Source: Methanocaldococcus jannaschii DSM 2661 (GTDB lineage Archaea; AGJL01; Methanococci; Methanococcales; Methanocaldococcaceae). Taken from it: a DNA stretch of 32,000 bases. Where the stretch lies: assembly GCF_000091665.1 (NCBI RefSeq), contig NC_000909.1, forward strand, positions 1,576,838-1,608,837, in the 5' to 3' direction. Below are positions 12,212 to 23,240 of this stretch, one piece after another. The notes beneath the pieces are model-generated. The model searched no databases, was not told the DNA's origin, and was given only the letters and a program-made list of their open reading frames with translations. Positions within the stretch are counted from its first letter, which is position 1; each line of letters begins with the position of its first letter. Position numbers and translations under genes: made by a program.

Positions 12212-12979
12212 TTAAATTTTTATCTTATCCTGTTTTATTAATGCCTCAATCACACTCCTTTTAACTGCCTTTGCTATCATCTCACCCATCTTTGTATGTC
12301 CTCCGGTGTAATCTACTCCACTACCAAACCCTTTAACAACAACTATATTATCTGTTCCAGTTCCAGTAGCTTGAAGTTCTGGATGTTTTGTGCTTCTTAT
12401 ATTTAGCTCTTGGAAAGCGTTAGTTTTAGCTTCAGTTATTGTTATTATTGCCCTTGCCATAGCTCCATCGGTTAGATTAGCGTTTGTTATTAAAATGATA
12501 TTAACTGTCCCTATCTCTTCCTTAGGCACAATCTTTCCATCAACTATTTTGTAGGTTTTGAAATCCTTTTCAATATAATCAGCTTCTTCATCTCCTAATC
12601 TTATAGCGTTATGCTTAGCTCCTGCAGTTGTAAAAGCAACGACATAGAATTCATCAAACTCTTCCTTTGCAACTGCCAAGTTATCCATATTCGCTCCAGT
12701 TGATAACAATGCTATATCTTCCTTTTTAATACCAATTTTATTTAAAACCTGATTTTCATAGTCCTTGTAGTTATGAACTTTGTCCCAAAATGGAACAGGG
12801 ATTGAGTGATTTCCTACATATTTAACCTCTTTAAATCCTTCTCTTGTTGATAAAACCTTCCTTTTATTTTTAAACTCAATTATTAATGTTTTTGTTTCCT
12901 CAACCATGCCATCAATCTCTACTGTATGAGGAATTTTGTATGCTTTCCAGTCATCCATCTCTAAAACTTTTTCTATCAT
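12212..12979 (-). CDS. cbiZ: Adenosylcobinamide amidohydrolase CbiZ-like
   Basis: 255 aa; LLSTGANMDNLAV, VVAFTTAGAKHNAIRLGD and C-terminal TGTGTDNIVV are CbiZ-like motifs. Confidence 0.75.
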   Translation of the reverse strand: MIEKVLEMDDWKAYKIPHTVEIDGMVEETKTLIIEFKNKRKVLSTREGFKEVKYVGNHSIPVPFWDKVHNYKDYENQVLNKIGIKKEDIALLSTGANMDNLAVAKEEFDEFYVVAFTTAGAKHNAIRLGDEEADYIEKDFKTYKIVDGKIVPKEEIGTVNIILITNANLTDGAMARAIITITEAKTNAFQELNIRSTKHPELQATGTGTDNIVVVKGFGSGVDYTGGHTKMGEMIAKAVKRSVIEALIKQDKIKI

Positions 12980-12983
12980 GCTA

Positions 12984-13739
12984 TTACCTCAAAATCTCTT
13001 TTAAATTATCTATACATAAGTCTAAATCATCAATGCTTTTATTCTGCAACTCTATCATCTTTATGGCATTAATCTTTTTTAAATCTTTTTTAAAATTATT
13101 AAAGTTAATTTTTCCTTTGCCAATGCATAGATGTTCATCGAACTCTCCGTTGTTATCATGAATGTGGATATGAGCTATTTTATCAGAGATTTTTAAAAAA
13201 TTCTCAATATTTTTGTTTAAAAAAGAGTGTCCAATATCTAATGTAATTTTCAACTCCCCTAAATTTTCAATAATCTCTTTATCTGGGTTTCTGAACATGA
13301 ACATATCGTAAGATGGCATATTTTCAATAGTTATCTGAACGCCAAATTCTTCTTGGATGTTGTTTAAATCGTTTAAGCTCTTTATTAATGAGTTTAATGC
13401 CTTTTCATAATCATATTTAAAAACACAATAACCAGGATGTAAGACTATTAATTTGGCATCAACTTTTATAGCCACTTCTAAGACATCTCTAACAAAATCT
13501 AAGCTAACCTTTCTTATCCTCTCTCTATAAGAAGATAAATTTAAATCAGTTATAGGGCAGTGTAGAGTATATTTTAAATCATAAGATTGAGCTAATTCAA
13601 TATTTCCGTCAGACATTACATTTAAATTTCCATCGCATCCTAATTCAACATATTTAACCCTCTCCTCTAAAATTTCAAGAGCATCAGATAAGTTTTTATC
13701 AGTATCTAAAAATAAACTTGTTGATACTCCCAGTTTCAT
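12984..13739 (-). CDS. TIM-barrel sugar-phosphate isomerase/AP endonuclease-2-like protein
   Basis: 251 aa; LHCPITDLNLSS, LIVLHPGY, ITLDIGHSFLN, IAHIHIHDNNGEFDEHLCIGKGKINF; typical family 2 AP endonuclease/xylose isomerase-like metal-binding layout. Confidence 0.85.
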   Translation of the reverse strand: MKLGVSTSLFLDTDKNLSDALEILEERVKYVELGCDGNLNVMSDGNIELAQSYDLKYTLHCPITDLNLSSYRERIRKVSLDFVRDVLEVAIKVDAKLIVLHPGYCVFKYDYEKALNSLIKSLNDLNNIQEEFGVQITIENMPSYDMFMFRNPDKEIIENLGELKITLDIGHSFLNKNIENFLKISDKIAHIHIHDNNGEFDEHLCIGKGKINFNNFKKDLKKINAIKMIELQNKSIDDLDLCIDNLKEILR

Positions 13740-14507
13740 CTATTCCACCGTTTCCTGAAGATAACGTAAAATTCCAATATATTTGTAATCCAGCAGTATT
13801 ACCATGTATCTAAGTATAAATAATCTCACCTTTTTATCCTTAGTGTAGAGGTAGGATATTATATCTTTTCCATCTTTTACCTGCAGTATCTTTAACACAG
13901 GTTCTATTTCTCCATCCACATCTTTTTCTTCTATTTCAACATCTTTTATATTGCTAAATATATCGTATATTTTAGAATCCTCATTGTCTAATATCTCAAC
14001 AACTAATCTGTATTCTATCTTTGTTACTAACCCATCCTTAATACGTTTTTTAATAAATGTTAAAAATCCATTCTCCCATTTAGTATTTTCACTATTTTCT
14101 CCAGCGTTATACAATATCTTTACTTCTTTTTTATTTAACAGGATATAGAACAGTTTTCTTAAGAAATTGTCTATAGGAGCTTTTCCATAGATTGATGTCT
14201 CTGGTGCAAACCCCACCATTACATTACCAAACTCTTTAGATTTGATGATTATTGATGAGTGGTAAGTGATGTCTTCCAATGTGGATTTAGCAATATCAAT
14301 GACTTTTTTTGGTAACTCTGCCCCCACGTCTTCAATATCTTCTACCCCCACTTCAATTGTCTTATCTACAAATTCAAATACAATTTTATCTTTATAAAGT
14401 ATTATTTCCAGTTTTTCCCACTTTAACAATGGTTTTTCTAAAGTTTTTGGGGTAATTAATATCCCTTTACCTGAAAATCTTGCAATTTCTGAGGATTTGT
14501 CTATCAT
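13740..14507 (-). CDS. Archaeal conserved protein, possibly CheF-like (DUF439)
   Basis: 255 aa; [31 protein letters not shown]...[36 protein letters not shown]. Family call is from memory; assignment uncertain. Confidence 0.5.
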
Positions 14508-14714
14508 CCCATCACCTAACTTTCATAGAATATTGCAGAACTAGATAATTATTTTATTTTTTGTCAATCAATTTTTATATTATTGATGCCCCCATATATT
14601 AACTTTATTTTATTTTTTATTGAATTAATGTTAAGTTCATAAACTATTTAAATAATCATATACTCAAGGGCATCATATAAAAAGTATAAATACCCCTCTT
14701 CTAAATATAGTTAA

Positions 14715-16226
<1,512 letters not shown>

Positions 16227-16265
16227 ATCTAAATTTTATTTTTAATTTTTAAAAAAGGGATGATT

Positions 16266-16541
16266 ATGAAGCCAATATTAATATTTTTAGGGATTATTTT
16301 AATGTTTATTGGATTTTTTATGATAACTTTAGGAATGATTCTACCAAGTTCTCAAGAAAATTACGAAAAACCAGAAACTGAAAAAACTGAAAGTAGTGTG
16401 GAATATTCTGGAATTGTAATGATAGGACCTATACCAATTGTCTTTGGGAATTCTCCTGGTTTGATGATTCTATCTGTATTAATAGCAATATTGATGATTA
16501 TCTGGATGTTTTTATTTGCTTTTGGGATAAGAATAAAATAA
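16266..16541 (+). CDS. Small two-TM membrane protein (TIGR00304/DUF131-like)
   Basis: MKPILIFLGIILMFIGFFMITLGMI...VMIGPIPIVFGNSPGLMILSVLIAILMIIWMFLFAFGIRIK. Confidence 0.7.
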   Translation: MKPILIFLGIILMFIGFFMITLGMILPSSQENYEKPETEKTESSVEYSGIVMIGPIPIVFGNSPGLMILSVLIAILMIIWMFLFAFGIRIK

Positions 16542-16550
16542 TAAGTAAAT

Positions 16551-16928
16551 TCATTCTAATATTTCTGTATCTTCATGAGAATATGGAGGATAACTACAGC
16601 ACAATATCTTTAAAGGGACATTACCTATATTTTCAATCTTATGGGGAGTTTTTGGAGGGATATATATAGTATCTCCTTTTTTAACTTCAAATTTTTCATT
16701 ATCTAAAGTCATTAACCCTCTTCCTTCTAAGATATAATATATCTCTTCAGATGTGTAATGTTTATGTAATAAAGTTTTAGAGCCGACTGGAACTATAGCT
16801 TCTGCTAAACTTTGTTTTACACCTTTATAGATGTTTGGATGCAGTAATTCTCTAATTATTGAGCCATCTTTAGTAATATAAGGCTTAATTTTGTCATATT
16901 CAGTTTTTATTATTTTCATGGTTATCAA
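16551..16928 (-). CDS. Cupin-domain protein
   Basis: 125 aa; GSKTLLHKHYTSEEIYYILEGRGLMTLDNEKFEVKKGDTIYIPPKTPHKIENIG. Confidence 0.92.
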   Translation of the reverse strand: MITMKIIKTEYDKIKPYITKDGSIIRELLHPNIYKGVKQSLAEAIVPVGSKTLLHKHYTSEEIYYILEGRGLMTLDNEKFEVKKGDTIYIPPKTPHKIENIGNVPLKILCCSYPPYSHEDTEILE

Positions 16929-16938
16929 CCAAAAATTT

Positions 16939-17667
<729 letters not shown>

Positions 17668-17726
17668 TTAAATATCATCCTAAATAATATTTTGTTAGTT
17701 TAGATATTTATGGGTTAAGTGAGAAA

Positions 17727-19244
17727 ATGAAAGCATTAATTATTGATTGTTTAGCCTCTGGTGATGGGAAAAGAATTTTAGCAAGGGACGTTATTGGAGC
17801 TGGGCCAAGAACAGTTAAAGGTATTTTGCAAAGTGAAGGTATTGAAGCTAAGATAACACCAGTAGAGGACTTAGATATTAAAGATATAAAAAAATACAAC
17901 CTAATTTTTATTAGTGCAATGACCTCTGACTTTAAATGTGTTAAAAAATTAGTAGAAAGAATTAGATTAAAAACAGACAGTAAGATAATTGTTGGAGGCC
18001 CTATAGCTAACGACATAAACATTTTGGAAAAAATAGAGGCGGATATAAGTATAGTTGGAGAGGGAGAGATAACAATAAGGGAATTAATAAAAAAGGATTT
18101 TGATGCTGAAGATGTTAAAGGAACAACATATTGGGATTATAATGAGGATGAGTTAAAAATAAATCCCCTAAGGGAAATTTTAACTGATTTAAAGCTAATA
18201 ACTCCCTCAACTGAAATTAAAGATTATAAAAACTACTTCTCTGCGAGAGTTTATGTTGAAGTTGTTAGAGGTTGCAGCAATTTTAAAAGACCTCTATTAT
18301 TATGCACTAACAAAAAATGTAACCTATGTGAAAATGGAACATTAAAATGCCCTTTAAATATAAATCCGGGATGTGGTTTCTGCTCTGTCCCTTCTGTCTT
18401 TGGATATGCAAGAAGTAGGGATGAGGAAGATATATTAAAAGAAGTTGAGGCATTATTAAAGGAAGGAGTCAATAGAATTGTTTTATCAGCCCCAGATTTT
18501 TTAGATTATAAAAGAGGAGAGAAATTAATAAACCCTTATTTTCCAGAACCAAATTATGAAGCAATTGAATCTTTATTATCAAAGTGTAAAGATTTAGCTG
18601 ATAAATATAACGCAAACGTATTAATTGAGAATATAAAAGCAAATTTGTTTAATGAGAAAGTGGCAGAGATATTTAGCAAATATCTAAAAACCCCAATTTA
18701 TATTGGTTGTGAGAGTGGGGATAAAAATCACTGCAAACTATTAGGAAGACCTACGACACCAGATGATGTTTTAAAAGCTGTAAAGATAGCAAAAAAATAC
18801 AATTTAAAGGCACAGGTTTATTTTATCTATGGATTGCCAGGAGAAAATGAAGAGACAGCAAAAAACACAGTTAATTTTATGCATAAGATTAAAAATTATA
18901 TTGATAAAATAACCGTCTATAAATTTAGACCCCTTCCAATGTCTGCATTTCAAAACTTTAAACCAAATATTACGAAATATTCTCTACTAATTAGGGAAAC
19001 AGCCAATAAAATAAATTTAGAGATAAAGAAAAAATATATTGGAAGAGTTTTAGAGGTTATAATATCAGAGAGACACTTTAGAAATAAAAGAGATGCTATT
19101 GGCTATCTTCCAGATAGTGGGTTGATGGTTGTTGTTAAAGATGGAGCTAAATTTATTGGAAAAACAAAGAAAGTTAAAATAATTAAAGCTTATGAAAAGT
19201 ATTTAGAAGGAAGAATTTTAAAAACTTGGCTATGTAAATATTAA
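17727..19244 (+). CDS. B12-binding-domain/radical SAM protein
   Basis: 505 aa; N-terminal Rossmann-like domain with VGGPIAND and DISIVGEGE, RGCSNFKRPLLLCTNKKCNLCENGTLKCPLNINPGCGFCSVPSVFGYARSR, QVYFIYGLPGENEETAKNTVNF, TRAM-like C-terminus. Confidence 0.85.
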   Translation: MKALIIDCLASGDGKRILARDVIGAGPRTVKGILQSEGIEAKITPVEDLDIKDIKKYNLIFISAMTSDFKCVKKLVERIRLKTDSKIIVGGPIANDINILEKIEADISIVGEGEITIRELIKKDFDAEDVKGTTYWDYNEDELKINPLREILTDLKLITPSTEIKDYKNYFSARVYVEVVRGCSNFKRPLLLCTNKKCNLCENGTLKCPLNINPGCGFCSVPSVFGYARSRDEEDILKEVEALLKEGVNRIVLSAPDFLDYKRGEKLINPYFPEPNYEAIESLLSKCKDLADKYNANVLIENIKANLFNEKVAEIFSKYLKTPIYIGCESGDKNHCKLLGRPTTPDDVLKAVKIAKKYNLKAQVYFIYGLPGENEETAKNTVNFMHKIKNYIDKITVYKFRPLPMSAFQNFKPNITKYSLLIRETANKINLEIKKKYIGRVLEVIISERHFRNKRDAIGYLPDSGLMVVVKDGAKFIGKTKKVKIIKAYEKYLEGRILKTWLCKY

Positions 19245-19269
19245 AGCATTAAAGAATAAATTTATAATA

Positions 19270-20085
19270 ACTTCTGGAAACTAAGCCATCAATATTGCTA
19301 TTGGTAGAACTAAAACAAAAGAATATAGGCAAATTTTCTCAACACCATAACCCAACGCCTCTCTATAACCCTTCTCCCATAACTCAGAACTCATTGGGAA
19401 TAAAACAGCTTCAACAGAAAAGGCAAAATAACTTAGAATATTAACAGTTGGCATAGCAACATTCCTATAATCAGCAACAGCATTTAAAACCTGTAAAGTA
19501 AGTTAAGTAAATTCCATCAATATATCCTAAAACCAAACTTCCAGCACTACCCATCATAACGGGTAATCCATAAGAAAATAAATCCCTAATTAATTTTTTG
19601 AAAATAAAAATTTCTCTCTAAAGAAATCTGGAAAAATCCTTTTGATAAATATGTATTCATAAATTAAAATCATTAAAACTGGACTAACGTGTATGCATAC
19701 GTTGGAACAAAAACATCATGCACCCCAAAAATATAGATAAATATAGATAAATACTGCAGATAAAACCAAAATTAAGAAATTTTAACAAAATTTTATTGTT
19801 CCAAAATATTTCTGATTTTGAAAGCCCAATATGCCATTAGAGATGATATCCATTATATATCCAATTATTAAAATTACTAAAACATTAACAACTAAATCTA
19901 AATGTCCATAAATTGTCCTTGATTATTTATATAAAACTCTGCAATAAATGGAGCTAACAAAATTATCAAAATCGTTATAACCTTAGTTCCCATCAAATAG
20001 ATAAATATATAAACTCTTAACTTTAATATATCGATAAAAAATAGTGGAGGTGATAGCGTTATCAAAAAATCAAAAATTCCGAGAG
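19270..20085 (-). pseudogene. Decayed polysaccharide/oligosaccharide flippase (Wzx/MATE-like) remnant
   Basis: Minus-strand reading gives KKLIRDLFSYGLPVMMGSAGSLVLGYIDGIYLTYFTG [frameshift] NAVADYRNVAMPTVNILSYFAFSVEAVLFPMSSELWEKGYREALGYGVEKICLYSFVLVLPIAILMA*. Further upstream, VLVILIIGYIMDIISNGILGFQNQKYFGTIKF is separated by stops and frameshifts. Boundaries approximate. Confidence 0.65.
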
Positions 20086-20878
20086 TTAAGCGTTTAATAA
20101 AGCTTATGCGAGCTAAGTTTTATCCGATAGTTGCAAAGTATAAATCACCCTATATCCTTAGAGAGATAATCTCTCTAATCGACTTAATAATCTTTTCGGT
20201 TTTATGCATGATATATTTTGCAGGAGTGTATAAATGTGGATATGAGTTTTTAATTGAATATTTACAATTATTAGACGAAATCACTTTGTGATTTCGTTGC
20301 TCTTCGCTTCGCTCCGATTCCCAAAATGTTGTTCATCGATGCAATGCCAATTAAAACAAAAGAGCTTGTGAGGAAAACTCGACATGAGAGGATAGGAATT
20401 TCAAAGCTTATTAAAAAAACAGTAGTATTGGTTACAATCCATCGAAAAAATGTTGGTATTTTGGATATAAAGCAACTTTCATTACCGATGGGAAGTATTT
20501 AATGTTACTGTTTATAAATCCAGCAAATCAGCACGATAAGGATATTTTAGAGGAAAATTATAAAGAAATCATTAGGGACTTCAAAAACTGTGTAATAATC
20601 GGAGATAAGGGCTATATTGATAAAGGTCTCCAAAATCTATTTAAACTCGGAGGCGTTTATTTCATCCCAATAAAAAGAAAAAACATGATAAAACCGAATG
20701 AAGAAGCTAAAAAATATAAAGAGCTGAATAAATTAAGAAAGGCAATCGAAACAAACTTATCCAAATTGGCAGAGTCATTCCCAAGGCACATCCGAGCTGT
20801 AAGCAAGAAAGGTTTAAGTGCTAAGCTTTTACTCTTCACAATCGCTTACAACATACAACATAAAAGAATCAATAAATG
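20049..20878 (+). pseudogene. Disrupted IS982-like DDE transposase
   Basis: Three fragments in register with one protein: VKRLIKLMRAKFYPIVAKYKSPYILREIISLIDLIIFSVLCMIYFAG...QLLDEI; then MLFIDAMPIKTKELVRKTRHERIGISKLIKK; then SIGYNPSKKCWYFGYKATFITDGKYLMLLFINPANQHDKDILEE...VIIGDKGYIDKGLQNLFKLGGVYFIPIKRKNM...LRKAIETNLSKL...FTIAYNIQ. Interrupted at about 20276-20325 and frameshifted near 20420. Confidence 0.75.
20276..20325. repeat. Hairpin plus TCGCT-type core sequence inside the transposase remnant (possible element copy B)
   Basis: 20276-20296 cgaaatcac-ttt-gtgatttcg, a perfect 9-bp stem; 20301-20316 tcttcgcttcgctccg resembles the core of copies A, C and D. Confidence 0.45.
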
Positions 20879-21095
20879 AATAAAAACATTTAAATGTGTA
20901 ATGAGAACTACGGTTATATTAAATTATAAACACATGTCTCAAGATTTATACTATAATACATAAATATTTAATAGTAATATATTTATTAATAGTAGCTACC
21001 ACTAAGTTATTACGTCCTTATTAAGCTAAGTCAATATTTTTTAGTATTTATTTTCTTAATTTCTAAGAAAAAGCTAAATATATCTGGGGATTATA

Positions 21096-22634
21096 ATGAT
21101 ATACATTCACAAAAAAATAAAAAATCCTATAAAAGATGGAATTGAAATTGGAGAAGAAATAAAAAGAAATGTGGGAAGAGCATCTTTAATAATATTTATA
21201 ACGTCAATATTAGAGAGAGATAAACTAAAACAGGTATTTGATGGAATGAAACAACATATTCCATTGGATAATCTCATTGGATGTTCTACAGGAGGAACAT
21301 TTAGCGGAAAAGATTACATAAAAGAAGATGGGGTTTTAATATTAGCTTTTGATGAGTATTACAAAAGTGCAATATCTTGTGAAAAAGTAGATAGGGAGGC
21401 TGAATATGTAGGTAAGAAGATAGCCGATAAAATAAAAACCTGTATCAGAGATAAATATCCAAAATTGGATATAGATGATAATTTTTTAGGATTCGTGTTT
21501 TTTGATTGGAATGTAGATAGTGAGCAGGAGATATTAGATGTTTTAGGGAGAGAACTTACAATCCCAATTATCGGAGGGACTGCTGCAGATGATGGTTCAT
21601 TTGATAAGTTTTTCCAAATTTACAAAGGGGAGGTTGTTAAAGATTGCTGTGTATTTGGAGTTGTTGGAGGAAAATTAAAGTTCGATTTAATTTATGGACA
21701 TGGATATGAGCCAACAGATATATATGCAAGGGTTACTAAAGCTGAGGGGAAAGTAGTTTATGAATTAGATGGAAAGCCAGCTTATCAAAGATATTTAGAG
21801 ATGCTCTCAGAATATACAAAACTACCAATGGATATTATTAAAAAATATTTCTACAGAGATTTAAGGCGTTTAGATTTTTACTTAGTGCATCCTCTTGGAT
21901 TTATGGACATTAATGGGAATTATATCACTGCTTTCTTGGAAAGAGTTGAAGAAAATACTTTAGTATTTAGGAGGGATATATTAGAAGGAAGTTTCCTTGT
22001 ATTAATGAAAACGGATATTGAAAAGCAGGTAAAATCAATTGTTGATGAACTAAAAAAGGCTGAAGATTTTGAAAATCCACTAATATTTATAAATGAATGT
22101 TATGGAAGAGAAGTGCTAAAAAACTCAATGTTTAGGGAGTTTGAAGAAGATATTCTTAAATATTTCCTAAATTTCTATAAAGCAGGTAAAAAAGTTGAAG
22201 AGTATGTTATAGAGGACAATTGCATTGGCTGGCTAAGTTATGGCGAAACCATAGCAAAGGACTTAATAAGATTCCACAATAATTTATCATTTACTGGAGT
22301 TATATTTGAATTATCGCAAAGTAGTAATATAAACTGGAGAGAAGAGTTAAAAAATTTCAATTTTGAAGATGATGAGATAGAAGTAATTGTTAATCTAATT
22401 AATAAACAGCTAACAGCTAAAGAGTTATTGCAATTAACGAACTTGTCTCAAACTAAGCTTTACCACATACTAAACAAATTAGAGAAAGAGGGGATTATAA
22501 AGTCTGTAAGTGGGAAACCAAAGTTATATTATATTGATAACATAAAGGAGATTTTACAAAAAACTCATGAAAAAATAGAGCATGAAAACATGGTTAAGAA
22601 AATTAAAAGGAAAAAGTTATTAAGATTACTTTAA
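21096..22634 (+). CDS. FIST-domain protein with C-terminal winged-helix domain
   Basis: 512 aa; GCSTGGTFSG, IPIIGGTAADDGSF, and C-terminal LTAKELLQLTNLSQTKLYHILNKLEKEGIIKSVSGKPKLYYI. Confidence 0.8.
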   Translation: MIYIHKKIKNPIKDGIEIGEEIKRNVGRASLIIFITSILERDKLKQVFDGMKQHIPLDNLIGCSTGGTFSGKDYIKEDGVLILAFDEYYKSAISCEKVDREAEYVGKKIADKIKTCIRDKYPKLDIDDNFLGFVFFDWNVDSEQEILDVLGRELTIPIIGGTAADDGSFDKFFQIYKGEVVKDCCVFGVVGGKLKFDLIYGHGYEPTDIYARVTKAEGKVVYELDGKPAYQRYLEMLSEYTKLPMDIIKKYFYRDLRRLDFYLVHPLGFMDINGNYITAFLERVEENTLVFRRDILEGSFLVLMKTDIEKQVKSIVDELKKAEDFENPLIFINECYGREVLKNSMFREFEEDILKYFLNFYKAGKKVEEYVIEDNCIGWLSYGETIAKDLIRFHNNLSFTGVIFELSQSSNINWREELKNFNFEDDEIEVIVNLINKQLTAKELLQLTNLSQTKLYHILNKLEKEGIIKSVSGKPKLYYIDNIKEILQKTHEKIEHENMVKKIKRKKLLRLL

Positions 22635-22658
22635 ACTAATTAATCTATTTGCTCTTTA

Positions 22659-22700
22659 TTAAAATAACCTTTTATTTACATACGAAAATAAGCTTTCTAT
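22659..22700 (-). repeat. Second copy of the 3' coding end of the Toprim gene (IESLFSYVNKRLF-stop)
   Basis: Reverse complement ATAGAAAGCTTATTTTCGTATGTAAATAAAAGGTTATTTTAA, versus the in-gene copy at 22756-22797 ATTGAAAGCCTATTCTCATATGTGAATAAACGATTATTCTGA. Confidence 0.85.
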
Positions 22701-22725
22701 CAACCTTTTTAGAAAAAAGGTTGAT
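22699..22725. repeat. Inverted repeat/hairpin atcaaccttttt-aga-aaaaaggttgat
   Basis: Perfect 12-bp arms with 3-nt loop, read directly. Confidence 0.9.
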
Positions 22726-22755
22726 CAAAAACTAATTTAGCGGTTTCCTTATTTA

Positions 22756-23148
22756 TCAGAATAATCGTTTATTCACATATGAGAATAGGCTTTCAATATC
22801 TCTAATACCACTATTTGTATAGATAAATATCTCATGCCTAATTTTTGTATTTACTTTAATTCCTCTATGTCTAAACTCCTCTATTATGGCTTTAGCCAAC
22901 ATTCTGCCTCTTCTATCAAAGTCAGTTAATAGAATAACTTCTTTAACTCTTTTCCTTACAAGTTCATCAGCTATTAAATAAATAGGAGTTTTAGCTATTA
23001 TAATAAAAGTTCCTTCAACTCCTAACTTCTCTAAGCTTTCAACATCTCTCTTTCCTTCAACAATAATTGGTTTTTCCTCTGCTTCAATCTTTAACTCCTC
23101 AATAACTTCTAATAATTTTTCAAAGTATTCATCCCTTCTCATAGCCAT
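22756..23148 (-). CDS. Small Toprim-domain protein (UPF0292-like)
   Basis: PIIVEGKRDVESLEKLG and VILLTDFDRRGRMLAKAI are Toprim E and DxD motifs. The likely start is the ATG at 23148 (MAMRRDEYFEKLL...); the ORF track's first codon at 23175 is TTG. Confidence 0.88.
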   Translation of the reverse strand: MAMRRDEYFEKLLEVIEELKIEAEEKPIIVEGKRDVESLEKLGVEGTFIIIAKTPIYLIADELVRKRVKEVILLTDFDRRGRMLAKAIIEEFRHRGIKVNTKIRHEIFIYTNSGIRDIESLFSYVNKRLF

Positions 23149-23149
23149 C

Positions 23150-23170
23150 CAACCTTTTACTAAAAGGTTG
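23150..23170. repeat. Inverted repeat caacctttta-c-taaaaggttg immediately upstream of the Toprim start codon
   Basis: 10-bp arms around one base, read directly; related to the IR at 22699-22725. Confidence 0.85.
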
Positions 23171-23177
23171 ATCAAAA

Positions 23178-23216
23178 CGGATGCACTACCTCGCTACGCT
23201 CGGCAGTGCCTCTTAA
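23178..23216. repeat. Hairpin element, copy C
   Basis: cggatGCACTACC-TCGCTACGCTC-GGCAGTGCctcttaa; stem 23183-23190 / 23202-23209 (7/8 pairs), loop 23191-23201. Confidence 0.75.
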
Positions 23217-23240
23217 TTATGCCTATGAAGGTAACGGAAG

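Noticed and set aside
12886-13161. ORF on the plus strand overlapping cbiZ and the TIM-barrel gene.
   Set aside because: Antisense to two well-supported genes, with no motif.
20880-21095. Possible right terminal inverted repeat of the IS element.
   Set aside because: I compared the flanks at about 19990-20045 and 20880-20950 by eye and found no convincing inverted pair, so element ends are not claimed.
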